From the NCBI GenBank assembly GCA_964016885.1, contig OZ024763.1, forward strand, positions 16,120,001 through 16,184,000: a stretch of DNA of 64,000 nucleotides, in the 5' to 3' direction. This DNA is from Eledone cirrhosa (taxonomy: Eukaryota). A model generated the notes under the pieces. The model did not search any database. It had not been told where the DNA came from and was given only the letters and a program-made list of their open reading frames with translations. The position numbers and the translations under genes were made by a program. Of this stretch, positions 1-64,000 are shown in pieces (the first letter of the stretch is position 1; every line of letters starts with the position of its first letter).

Positions 1-1417
1 TTACATATCAAATACTGGCGATAAAAATTACTTCAATGCCGGCAGCAGAATTCCAACATGTCTACCTCAATCGGAACCAGAAGAATGTAAGTTCTTTGAA
101 GGTCAGTCTAATTTGTCAGTTATTCCCGAAGAAGAAAAGTTGAAAGATAATATTTACGACGTCGAAGTTCAACAAAGTGAGATAGAAAGCAATAATGCGC
201 CATCACAGTATAGCAACAAGGACTCGTGCCTTCGTTTGCTGCTGTCGGGAGAGGGTGAAGACAACACACACAGTACAATGATAAATCCTTGCACCAATAC
301 TTCAAACCCTTCACCCGGATTAGCACCTATGCTGTCTGTCTCAACCCATTCTACTCAACAGAATTTTAACTATCTACCCGTCCCACAAAATTTTCCCGCT
401 GGTCAAGAGTTTTCCAATATGAATCTTCCCAAGAACAACCAAGAAATCCCGTGGATGCCTCTCGGACTCCCGACACAGCCACCATCTTCCGTTAGTCCCG
501 ACTGGAACACTCATTATCTTTGTTCAAGTTCTCAGCTCCCGTACAACACACCTTTACCATCCTATTCACACCACTTCCCCCTGGGGAATCCTCCCGGAAG
601 ATGTTGGAACCAAAATGTACCAGCCTATAAACAGAATCTCCAATCGCCAAACAATTCGTTTTCTGACCTCAACGTCATGTCTGGACCATTCATGAAAACC
701 CCTCAAAATTGCTACCTCTTACACTCCATGCTTCACTCTTCTCCGCCTTACTCTTTTCTACCCAATCAAAAACCATTTGCAACAAATTTAAATATTCAAG
801 ATTTACCTTCTAAATCGAAATCGTATCAAAATGTCAACGATTTACCCGTTGGCTTGCCTTGCACAGGACCGCCTAGCTCGAAAAAGCTTCCCTTTACAGA
901 CAATGAAATACAAGAGGAGTGCCTTTTAAAAGAAAATGCCAAGTCACAGGACAACTTTTGCATCACCATTTTAGCAGCGGACGTCAAACTCATCGACCAC
1001 CATAGAACCAAGGAATACTTCCCTGTGTTTCAAAACCACGAAATCCCAAAGACTCTATCCGGCTCTCCGAAAGTCGAATTCATTTTGAGCAAATACATAG
1101 ATTTTTTGCTGCTGGAAAACGAAGGGATCACGGAAATATCCAAAGCGTTCACACCAGCGACGCGTTTGTTCTCGGACGAAGACGAATACGTACTGGACGT
1201 GGCGGACAAGAAAATTAACTTCCCTTCCATCAAATTCGTAGAATTCATGCAAAGACATTTCCCAGATATCAACATGCAGTCGATCAACTTTCTGATTGGC
1301 CCCTTTCACTTCACGTCAGCTCAGAAGCTGGACACCAACGAGAAAATCATGCAGGATTCCTTTTTCCATTTCCAGCAACTGAGAACACGGATGAGGGAAA
1401 ATCTCGCAGCTTTTTGA
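1..1417 (+). CDS. 3' part (large terminal exon) of an unidentified protein-coding gene; Pro/Ser/Asn-rich region followed by a ~150-aa globular-looking C-terminal domain
   Basis: Frame is open from position 2 (YISNTGDKNYF...) to TGA at 1415-1417, so it runs off the left edge and the TTG start at 113 is not a real start. Non-repetitive sequence; AATAAA at 1654-1659. Family not recognised. Confidence 0.75.
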   Translation, partial: YISNTGDKNYFNAGSRIPTCLPQSEPEECKFFEGQSNLSVIPEEEKLKDNIYDVEVQQSEIESNNAPSQYSNKDSCLRLLLSGEGEDNTHSTMINPCTNTSNPSPGLAPMLSVSTHSTQQNFNYLPVPQNFPAGQEFSNMNLPKNNQEIPWMPLGLPTQPPSSVSPDWNTHYLCSSSQLPYNTPLPSYSHHFPLGNPPGRCWNQNVPAYKQNLQSPNNSFSDLNVMSGPFMKTPQNCYLLHSMLHSSPPYSFLPNQKPFATNLNIQDLPSKSKSYQNVNDLPVGLPCTGPPSSKKLPFTDNEIQEECLLKENAKSQDNFCITILAADVKLIDHHRTKEYFPVFQNHEIPKTLSGSPKVEFILSKYIDFLLLENEGITEISKAFTPATRLFSDEDEYVLDVADKKINFPSIKFVEFMQRHFPDINMQSINFLIGPFHFTSAQKLDTNEKIMQDSFFHFQQLRTRMRENLAAF

Positions 1418-1678
1418 TTTATCAATACTTCCCTAACTTAGACAGACTGACTGGTGGCCGCCATCTTCCGATCAAACCGTTACAACTATTGCCAGTGCCA
1501 TTGCTATTGCAACAATAATTATAATAATAATAATGATAATAATGATAATAATAGTAAAAAAAAATCTCATAATGGTAAAAAAACAACAGTAATTAATAAT
1601 TATAACTATTATTCTTAATATCATTATCATCTCATTCGTCGGCATTGTGGAAAAATAAAAGAATCGATTATTATCATA

Positions 1679-1709
<31 letters not shown>

Positions 1710-1780
1710 TTACTACTACTACTACTACTACTACTATCACCACCACCACCACCACCACCACCACTACTACTACTACTAAA

Positions 1781-2225
1781 GGCGATGGATTGGCAGAATC
1801 GGTGGAGCGCCGGACAGGATTGTTCGCGGCACAGAGTTACGGCCCTTTACGTTCTGAGCTCAAATCCTTCCGAGGTTAACTTTGCCTTTCATCCTTACAG
1901 GGGGTCGATAAAATAAAGTACCAGTAATGGACTGGGGTCGATTTAATCGACTTTCCCCTCCCCCAAAATTACTGGCCTTGTGCCTATACTAGAAATCATT
2001 AGGACGGTGGTTCGGCAGTATCAGTAGAGGGTCGGACGCCATGCTTTGCAGCATAGAGTTACGGCCCTTTATGATCTGAGTTCAAATCCCGCCGAGGTTA
2101 ACTTTGCCTTTCATCTTTACGGGGGTCGATAAAATAAAGTACCAGTAATGCACTGGTTCGACTTAATCGACTTCCCCCCTCCCCCCTTTCAAATTGGTGG
2201 CCTTGTGCTTAAATCTGAAATCATT
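1781..2225 (+). mobile_element. Two adjacent tRNA-derived SINEs of the dominant family (more than 15 copies in the window, e.g. 4965, 5483, 5682, 7991, 15340, 17519, 24701, 30107, 30341, 34000, 45450, 46960, 52610, 61830, 63620)
   Basis: A-box-like ggattggcagaatcgg, B-box gagttcaaatccc, conserved body aactttgcctttcatccttacggggtcgataaaataaagtaccagt. Confidence 0.85.
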
Positions 2226-2404
2226 ATTATTATTATTATTACTTCTACTTCACATCCGTTACCGGTGCCATGACGAAGTCCCCTCCACAAGCTCATCCTG
2301 TCTAGCATTGTTGTCTGAATTTCCCTTGCTTCCAACCCGGCGTCGTCTTTAAGAACATCCTTCAGCGTGGTGGCCGGTTGCCAGCCTCATCTGCACACAT
2401 ACAT

Positions 2405-2435
<31 letters not shown>

Positions 2436-2446
2436 TATATATATAT

Positions 2447-2596
2447 ATATTTATTAAAATAACATTAAAGTTTAAGCAAAGAATCGTTGCTTTCACCCTT
2501 AACGGGATCTTCTGAAGATCTTCTTTCAGAAGATCCCGTTAAGGGTGAAAGCAGCGATTCTTTGCTTAAACTTTAATCTGTTATTTTAATAAATAT
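2447..2596. repeat. Fold-back inverted repeat (~70-bp arms)
   Basis: aaagtttaagcaaagaatcg...ttctgaa versus ttcagaa...cgattctttgcttaaacttt. Confidence 0.85.
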
Positions 2597-2606
2597 TTGC
2601 TCTACG

Positions 2607-2672
<66 letters not shown>

Positions 2673-3151
2673 AATAATGGAGCTGCGGCGTTGCAAATGG
2701 GTTACATATGAAAAAGTAAGTCCTTCATCAGTGGCCCTCCAACCGTCCTAGGTATTTCATCGCTTTAAGGGCCATATACCTCAGGTTGGTGCGAACAACG
2801 GCTAAAAAAAGTCGTTGGGACACGTAAATAAAGGGGACGCTAGGGTGAACAAACAAAATGGTGAAGCAACAGAAAGTGAGAAGAAAGAGACAAGTCCCAG
2901 ATTTCTATGAATATAAACTCGGTGAAATCGTGAACGAGAGAATAAAGACCATCAAACCTGGTTGAAATGTGAGCAAGGAAGGAATTTCGCACAGGTCTAA
3001 CGGGGGGAAGAAGGGGTCTGGTCTGCGAATTCGGTAAACATAAGTTCTGTGAAGTCGCAGACGAGAGAGAGAGAGAAAAAAAATTCATATATATATATAT
3101 ATTATCCTTATCGAGCCCTCTTCGGATTTTAGTCTTCACATTTATTATTAT

Positions 3152-3217
<66 letters not shown>

Positions 3218-3235
3218 TATATATATATATATATG

Positions 3236-3390
<155 letters not shown>

Positions 3391-3399
3391 TATATATAT

Positions 3400-4420
3400 A
3401 TCATCATCATCATCATCATCATCAACGTTTAACGTCCGTGTTCCACGCTTGCATGGGTTTGGACGGGGGTAGTCCCACTTGAGGCAAGAGTGATTGTCTT
3501 GGTCGCATAGGACTGTCTGGCAGGTTTTCTACAGTTGGATGCCCTTCCTAACACCAACCACATTTACAGTGTGGGTCTGGGAGGTTTTTACCGTGTTGCC
3601 TACACGGCCACATTACAGCGTGGACTGTGTGTTTTTTTTGTCGTGACACCTACACGATCTCATTTGTTTCGGCCTCGATGGCGCGGCACCAACATAACTT
3701 TACATAGAACGGGGTGGTGTGGATGGGGTGGGGGTGGTGGGGGTGGGACGGGGTGTATTTTGTTAGAGATGCCTACTGGCTGGAGTAGGTTTTACTATAT
3801 ATTTAGGTAAGGCGGGTCTTCTCTGTTACTGAGTACCGCCAAAGGTCTCGGTCCAGTGACATTGTCTTGGAGAGGTGTAAGTGTGTGATGTCGGAGTTTA
3901 TCAGCTCGTCCCAGGTTTTTCTAGGTCTGCCTATTCCGTAACTACCGTCTATCTTTATTGCCCTGCACTTTGTTATACAGCTATCGACTTTCATGCGCAT
4001 CACGTGTCCATACCAACGTAGCCTTCTCTCGAGTAAACAACATCTGATCCCTCTTATCACTAATTTTTTCCTTAGTTCGTTTATGCTTTGCCGTTCACGT
4101 ATATTACTGTTACACATCCAGCGGAGCATGCAAGCTTCGTTCCTCTCTAGTCTGCGTATATCCTCTGCACACAATGCCCAGGTCTCACTGCCATGCAGCA
4201 TTGCTGTTCGTATGCAGGCATCGTACAACCTGCCTTTCATTTTTAGGGAGAACCCTTTAGCGGCCAATAGTGGTATAAGCTCTCTGAACTTTTTCCAACC
4301 AGTTCTGACTCTAGCTACAGTACTTTCAGAGCACCCTCCCCCACTGCTGATTTTATCGCCCAGGTAACGGAAGCTGTCCACTATTTCTATGGAACCCTCT
4401 GCGCAATTGAAAGAGCTAGT
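3400..4420 (-). mobile_element. 5'-truncated RTE-clade LINE (RT C-terminus, 3' UTR, (ATG)n tail)
   Basis: VDSFRYLGD...LHGSETW...[12 protein letters not shown]...GRPRKTW; (CAT)n at 3400-3423. Confidence 0.9.
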
Positions 4421-4436
4421 ATTTATATATATATAT

Positions 4437-4517
<81 letters not shown>

Positions 4518-4678
4518 AGGGTGTGGTAAAAACCAGCTAGGCCATAACCCACCAGTGTACTCGATACTTGGGTTTGTAGAGTGGGTAATATGAAAAGATT
4601 CAGGATCCCCGTCGGCTGAACTCCGGCCGTTTCCACAGCTAGATCCGAACGGAGCTCTACCGTCGGGGTCCTGAATCT

Positions 4679-4746
<68 letters not shown>

Positions 4747-5184
4747 GAAAAAGTGGAGAATAACATGGTCAACAGTACAAAAGAGGGGATTTATTTGCAG
4801 TCTAACAATTGTTTCACTGATAAAGTTGTCTAAGAATTGCTGAACACTAAAAACAGTGCCAATCAATTTTAAATACGATGTTAGCTCGATCAGATCTTCG
4901 GAAACGCCGTACACAAAAACTATCCATAATAATAAGTATTTACAACCTCTAATTGGATTACCTATAATTGTTTCTACTTTAGGAACAAGGCCAGCAATTA
5001 CCCAGTGCATTACTGGTACTTTATTTTATCGACCCCCGTAAGGATGAAAGGCAAAGTCAACCACGGCGGGATTTGAACTCAGATCGTAAAGCGACGTAAC
5101 TATACTGTAAAGCATGGCGTTCGACCCTCTACCGATACTGCCAATCCACCGCCCTTGGATTACGTATAATGATATTTTGTTATC

Positions 5185-5348
<164 letters not shown>

Positions 5349-6110
5349 GCCAAATTTTATATATTTATATATCAGACCTGTCACCTTTTCCTGTCTGTCC
5401 GACGGGGAGATCTCTCACCCACTTTGGGGCGGGTGAGAGAGGTCTTCTCTTGTGAAAATGGGTATAGCTTTCATTATGTAAAATGGCGGTGGATTGGCAG
5501 TATCGGTAGAGGGTCGGACGCCATACTTTGCACCATAGAGTTCGGCCCTTTATGGTCTGAGTTCAAAACCCGCCGAGGTTAACTTTGCCTTTCATCCTTA
5601 CGGGGTCGATAAAATAAAGTACCAGTAATACACTGGGATAATTGCTGGCCTTGTGCCTAAAGTAGAAACAAATATGTAAAATGGCGGTGGATTGGCAGTA
5701 TCGGTAGAGGGTCGGATGCCATGCTTTCCAGCATAGTTACATCCCTTTACAGTCTGAGTTTAAATCCCGCCGAGGTTAACTTTGCTTTTCATCCTTATGG
5801 GGTCGATAAAATAAAGTACCAGTAATACACTGGTTTATTGCTAGCCTTGTGCCAAAAGTAGAAACAAATATGTAAAATCTCGCCATTTTTCCTCATTTTC
5901 CCCCGTTTTGGGGCTTTTTTTCTATGGTACTCCCCATTTGGGTTTTTAGAGGTTGGCAGGTCTGATCTGATCTATCTATCTCTCTCTATATATATAAAAG
6001 GTGAACAGAAAACGGTACAGTTTATGGAAGGAATATATTAGTTTAACGCTTGAAATAGCAGGAAGAGGATCTTAACGTTTGTCCTTCATATATATATATG
6101 TGTGTGTGTG

Positions 6111-6232
<122 letters not shown>

Positions 6233-6240
6233 CGAAGCCG

Positions 6241-6282
<42 letters not shown>

Positions 6283-6789
6283 TCATCAACATACGTTAAC
6301 CTTGGTCTTCCTCTTCTGTTGGAGACGCAGGACATGGCAGCGATAATGAGGGACAGAGACCGCTGGAGAGAACTCGTCCATGGATCTCGGGAATTTTACG
6401 CATCTTAGATAGATATCATCCTCATCATTTTACGTCCGCTTTTCCCTACTTGCAAAGTGGGACGGGTCCTTTTCAGCACAGCATCTCTCCACGTAACGGT
6501 CCTTCATCATCTCATCTGTGAGCTTCAGCAATCTGAGGTCAGCTCTCACCACCTCCGCCCATGGTTTTCGTGGTCTTCCTCTACTACGTCTTCCTTCCAC
6601 TGGGATTTCTTGGCACTTCTTTACCCAGCGGTCATCTTTCATGCGCATCACATGGCCATACCAACGCAGTCTTCTCTCCCATACACTACAGTTTATCCCT
6701 CTTACACACAGCTTCACATACATCTTCTTCTAAATTTTCGTTACCGGTGCCATGATCAAATTCTCCCTGAACTACTCCATCAAGCATTG

Positions 6790-7870
6790 CCGTCCTAATT
6801 TCCCTTGCTTCCGAGCCGGTGTCATTTTCAAGGGCATTCTTCAGTATGATGGTTGATCTCCCTACTCATCTGACATACATCAGGTTTCTAGAAAAGAGCC
6901 TCTTCCAGCAGAGTTCATTGTGACGTTTCACATGTCCGCCAGTTCATGCCAACCTCCTATGCCTTATGATGTAAATAAAAAAGAAGAAAAAAAGGCGAAG
7001 TTATGAGCCGTTGAGCGATTTATTTGCTACGTATGTTCTCCAGGATATGTTCTGGAACTTTCTCAGCGTTAGTGGGAATGTGCCATTAATCCAATTTGTG
7101 AGTGTTTTCATTAGTGTCCATGACTCACACCAATTGAAGAGAATGGACTCAACCGTTGTTTTAAATAGCCTCGTTTTCGTAGTTTTCTTGATCGGAGCCC
7201 CCCCCCCCCCCCCCATACACACACACACTCATGGCTTGTCTATCCTGGTGTCAACATAGTGCTCTGTGTTCATAGAACCGCCAAAGTAACAAGAAGTCAT
7301 CCACTTCTTAAATCTGCGAACTGTCCAGCGCATGCGTTGTTTCTTTATTTGACGTCACATTGAGGTCAGTATCGGATTTACCATTGTGCTGAGGTGTCTT
7401 TAAGCACAAGGACCCGTTGGCCAGAGGACCCCAAATTTTTTTTACGATGAATTACTTCCTTCAGGGACCAAGTAAGGGGACTCATAACTTAACTAGCACA
7501 ACGAATGCGTTTCTTTATTTGACGTCACATTGAGGTCAGTGTCGGATTTACCATTGTGTTTAGGTGTCCTTAAGCACAGGACCCCGTTGGCCAAGAGGGC
7601 CCCACCAAATTTTTTTTACGATGAATTACTTCCTTCAGGGCCCAAGTAAGGGGCCTCATAACTTAATTAGCACAGGGCCGCCGCTTTTGTCCTAAATCCA
7701 GCACTAATTGAAGTGCATAAATTTTGTTTAGCCAGCATTGAAGAAGAGTTCGGTGGACTGCGCTGCAGCCGCCATTCTCTGTGAAATGCTTCCTCAGCTT
7801 CTTTGCAGATGTTTTCCAGGTTTCCAGGAGAGCTATGTCGTCTGTGTCAGCCATTTCAGGTAGGACTTAA
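6790..7870 (-). mobile_element. Decayed LINE RT fragment with a nested, partly duplicated MITE (7367-7705)
   Basis: DTDDIALL and KTRLFKTTVESILF.CESWTL motifs. Confidence 0.6.
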
Positions 7871-8962
7871 ATTCTTCCGAATTTCGGGTACTTTGTCGAT
7901 AATATGTACTACTACTACTACTACTACTGCTACTACTACTACTGCTGTTGCTACTGCTGCTACTACTACTACTACTACTACTACTACTAATGGTGGTGGA
8001 TTAGCAGTAATCGGTAGAGCATCAGATAACATGCTTTGTGGCATATAGTTACGTCCCTTTACATTATGAGTTCAAATCCCACCGATGTTAACTTTGCCTT
8101 TCATCCTTACGGGTTGATAAAATAAAGTACCAGTAATACACTGGAGTCAATTTAATCGACTTTCCCCTCCCCCCAAATTGTTGGCTTTGTGCCCTAAATC
8201 ACAAACCATTATTGATAATTGTTATGTTATGGTCCCATAACTCCTCAGGGACGCCATATTGACATAGAAGGAGCAGCGTGAAAAGTGTCTTGTTCAAGGA
8301 CACAACACAACATCTGGTCTGAGAATTAAACTCACAACCTCCCAATTGCAAGCCCAACGCTCTAACCACCTAAGCCATGTACCATCATTACCACTGTGAT
8401 AGTGGATTGCAAGACCGGTGGAGCGCCAGACAACATGCTTCGCGGTATAGAGTTACGGCCCTTTACGTTCTGAGTTCAAATCCATCTGATTTTCCCGAAT
8501 GGCCTGATGGCCTGACAATCTTCCTGTTCTGTGGGATAGGCCCTTCATCCGAGATGCTACATGTTGTGACCTCTTCTCTAGTGATAACATGGTGCTTTTG
8601 ACAACCAACCCAGGCTCTGCTGCCCACCAGGCCAAAGTGGGCAAACTGTCAAAGTATTGGCCACTCCCTGATAGGTTTATGGTTGAGCTTGTAGCAGTAA
8701 AGACTTCTGGCATTCTTGACCCGCCCCTCGCCAGGACCATATTCCTGCTCACTGCTATTGGAGCTAGTTGGCTGTCTGCAGGTGTGAACCCTACAAGGTG
8801 GTGTGGCTGTTCCAGCATGTCTCCCCCACGGTCCTCTGGGGCAATGTCTTCTCCATCCTGTCAGCTAGGACCATGAAGCAGACTGACCCTTAAGTTTCAT
8901 TTATGGTGGTGGCATGTGGAACAGATTTACTTCCATAATCATTAGTAAGAAAGTGAAAATAT

Positions 8963-9394
8963 TTAACCCTTTAGCATTTAAACCAGCCATATCCGGCCAG
9001 AATTTTCTCGCCTCTTTCTGTAACTGGCCGCTCATACTGATGTTAAGGTATTGTTCTCGAAATAAATAATATCAAAATCTCATAGATTCAATATTATGTG
9101 AGATAATTATGTGAGGTAAATCCTTTACTATGAAAATACAATAGTAAATATAGAGTAAAGTAAATGGTATGTGAGATATTATGTGAGGTAAAGCCTTTAC
9201 CATGAAAATATAATAGTATATATAGAGTAATGTAAATGGTATGTGAGATATTATGTGAGGTAAAGCCTTTACCATGAAAATATAATAGTATATATAGAGT
9301 AATGTAAATGTTATGTGAGATATTATGTGAGGTAAAGCCTTTACTATGAAAATACAATAGTAAATATAGAGTAAAGTAAATGCTAAAGGGTTAA
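8963..9394. mobile_element. piggyBac-type MITE with internal 60-bp repeats
   Basis: TTAA-CCCTTTAGCATTTA ... TAAATGCTAAAGGG-TTAA. Confidence 0.8.
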
Positions 9395-9519
9395 ACTGGC
9401 CATATCCAGCCAGGATCCTCTCACCTCTTTCAGTTCAACCGGCTGTAACTGGCTGCTCATATTGACGTTAAGGTATTGTTCTCAAAATAAACAATATCAA
9501 AATCTTGTAGATTCGATAT

Positions 9520-10614
9520 TATGGGAGATAATTATGTGAGGTAAATCCTTTACCATGAAAATATAATAGTAAATATAGAGTAATGTAAATGGTATGTGAG
9601 ATGTTATGAGATATTATGTGAGGTAAAGCTTTATCGTGAAAATACAATAGTATATATAGAGTAATGTAAATAGCATGTGAGATATTATGTGAGGTAAAGC
9701 CTTTACCATGAAAATATAATAGTATATATAGAGTAATGTAAATGTTATGTGAGATATTATGTGAGGTAAAGCCTTTACCATGAAAATATAATAGTATATA
9801 TAGAGTAATGTAAATAGTATGTGAGATATTATGTGAGGTAAAGCCTTTACCATGAAAATATAATAGTATATATAGAGTAATGTAAATAGTATGTGAGATA
9901 TTATGTGAGGTAAAGCCTTTACCATGAAAATATAATAGTATATATAGAGTAATGTAAATAGTATGTGAGATATTATGTGAGGTAAAGCCTTTACCATGAA
10001 AATATAATAGTATATATAGAGTAATGTAAATGTTATGTGAGATATTATGTGAGGTAAAGCCTTTACCATGAAAATATAATAGTATATATAGAGTAATGTA
10101 AATGGTATGTGAGATATTATGTGAGGTAAAGCCTTTACCATGAAAATATAATAGTATATATAGAGTAATGTAAATGTTATGTGAGATATTATGTGAGGTA
10201 AAGCCTTTACCATGAAAATATAATAGTATATATAGAGTAATGTAAATGTTATGTGAGATATGTGAGGTAAAGCCTTTACCATGAAAATATAATAGTATAT
10301 ATAGAGTAATGTAAATGTTATGTGAGATATTATGTGAGGTAAAGCCTTTACCATGAAAATATAATAGTATATATAGAGTAATGTAAATGGTATGTGAGAT
10401 ATTATGTGAGGTAAAGCCTTTACCATGAAAATATAATAGTATATATAGAGTAATGTAAATGGTATGTGAGATATTATGTGAGGTAAAGCCTTTACCATGA
10501 AAATATAATAGTATATATAGAGTAATGTAAATAGTATGTGAGATATTATGTGAGGTAAAGCCTTTACCATGAAAATATAATAGTATATATAGAGTAATGT
10601 AAATGGTAAAGGGT
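9520..10614. repeat. 60-bp minisatellite (~17 copies) from the subterminal part of the piggyBac MITE
   Basis: Unit atgtgagatattatgtgaggtaaagcctttaccatgaaaatataatagtatatatagagtaatgtaaat; ends in a degenerate TIR ggtaaagggt. Confidence 0.9.
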
Positions 10615-10661
10615 GAGACACACAGTAACAATGACAAACTACTATATTTATGTAAAGAATA

Positions 10662-10667
10662 TTTAAT
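10662..10667 (-). promoter_or_regulatory. Candidate poly(A) signal (ATTAAA) of the SFI1-like gene
   Basis: ATTAAA about 680 nt downstream of the stop, followed by GT-rich sequence (gtttgtcattgttactgtgtgt). Confidence 0.35.
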
Positions 10668-11344
10668 TAACAAAAAATAAAATAAAGTAAGATAAAATAC
10701 AGCAACCAAAAACAACAAAATATGTTTTTGAAAGCTATGTAACAACTTGTCCTTCTAAGCCATGTAGGAAGTAATAAAACATGGACTTGATGGTTGGATT
10801 CTCATAGTATCTGAACCAAACCCCTTTGATGTCGGTCTCAGCAGGAATTGAAGTCCTAACTGGGTAACTATGTAGTAAGGGTTTCAGTAGGAATTATACC
10901 CCAATTGTGGTAGCTGTATAGTAAGGGTTTCAGTAGGAATTATACCCCAATTGTGGTAGCTGTATAGTAAGGGTTTCAGTAGGAATTATACCCCAATTGT
11001 GGTAGCTGTGTAGTAAGGGTTTCAGTAGGAATTGTATCCCCAATTGTGGTAGCTGTGTAGTAAGGGTTTCAGTCGGAATTATACCCCAATTGTGGTAGCT
11101 GTGTAGTAAGGGTTTCAGTCGGAATTATACCCCAATTGTGGTAGCTGTGTAGTAAGGGTTTCAGTAGGAATTATACCCCAATTGTGGTAGCTGTGTAGTA
11201 AGGGTTTCAGTCGGAATTATACCCCAATTGTGGTAGCTGTGTAGTAAGGGTTTCAGTAGGAATTATACCCCAATTGTGGTAGCTGTGTAGTAAGGGTTTC
11301 AGTAGGAATTATACCCCAATTGTGGTAGCTGTGTAGTAAGGGTT

Positions 11345-63398
<52,054 letters not shown>

Positions 63399-64000
63399 CT
63401 GAAAATAGAAAATATAATAATAACAAAAACATGCATGAATATTTATATAAATATTCCTCAATTATTAAAACTAGCAGAAAAACCACCCTTTAGTTAAAGT
63501 AAAGTAATCCATAATACATTTTAAAAAGACGATATTATATATAAACTGCATTACAGTGAAATGTTATGAAAACAAAAAAGGAGAAAATTAGCGACAGAAA
63601 TATAAACGTTATGATATAACTGGTTCCACTTTTGGCACAAGGCCAGCAATTATTATACTTTATTTTATCGACCCCGTAAGGATGAAAGGCAAAGTTAACT
63701 TCGGCGGGATTTGAACTCAGATCATAAAGCGCCGTAACTCTTTGCTGCAAAGCATGGCGTCCGACCCTCTTCCGATACTGCCAATTCACCACCCTCGTTA
63801 TGATATAACGATGCAAATATATGGACATTTATATAAGCGATATAATATAGCGTCCATTATATCATAACCGGAAGTATTGACATTTGACAATTTTAAAAGA
63901 AGTGAATCTTAAAATAAGCAATCATTATATATCCCGCCTAGGTTAACTTTGCCTTTCATCCTTACGGGGTCGATAAAATAAAGTACCAGTAATGCACTGA

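Noticed and set aside
1781-1880. tRNA genes
   Set aside because: The A/B-box heads run into SINE bodies and no intact cloverleaf is evident.
4681-5010. Alternative terminal exon for the minus-strand gene
   Set aside because: Phase does not fit the exon ending at 11979 and the ORF begins in a SINE; 11345-11443 fits better.
9519-10745. 408-aa ORF and the many IY, CV and HT dipeptide ORFs across the window
   Set aside because: Translations of the 60-bp minisatellite and of (TA)n/(TG)n microsatellites.

Overview
Repeat-dense eukaryotic DNA. The SINE/RTE repertoire and the (TA)n/(CAT)n load resemble an octopod cephalopod (inference only). Two host genes converge. (1) The open 3' end of an unidentified + strand gene (<1..1417). 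(2) A minus-strand gene rebuilt by hand from 14 GT-AG exons (63398 to 11345; 2079 nt, 692 aa plus stop, 5' end outside the window) with consistent phase at every junction and repeated A-x7-hh-x3-F/L-x2-W motifs, i.e. an SFI1-like centrin-binding protein. Its introns hold SINEs, RTE, CRE-like and R4-like LINE fragments, hAT, piggyBac and mariner MITEs, a DD37D (maT) remnant, a solo LTR and about ten tandem arrays, most grown from TE pieces. The least expected signal is a set of type-I hammerhead ribozyme motifs with short palindromic stem III, from at least five unrelated Penelope-like families. One has a compensatory U3-A8 core, one has a very large stem II insert, and two occur as mirror pairs inside long fold-backs. 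The gene's stop codon lies inside an 11-copy 46-bp tandem repeat. All analysis was by eye; no database search or folding program was run.
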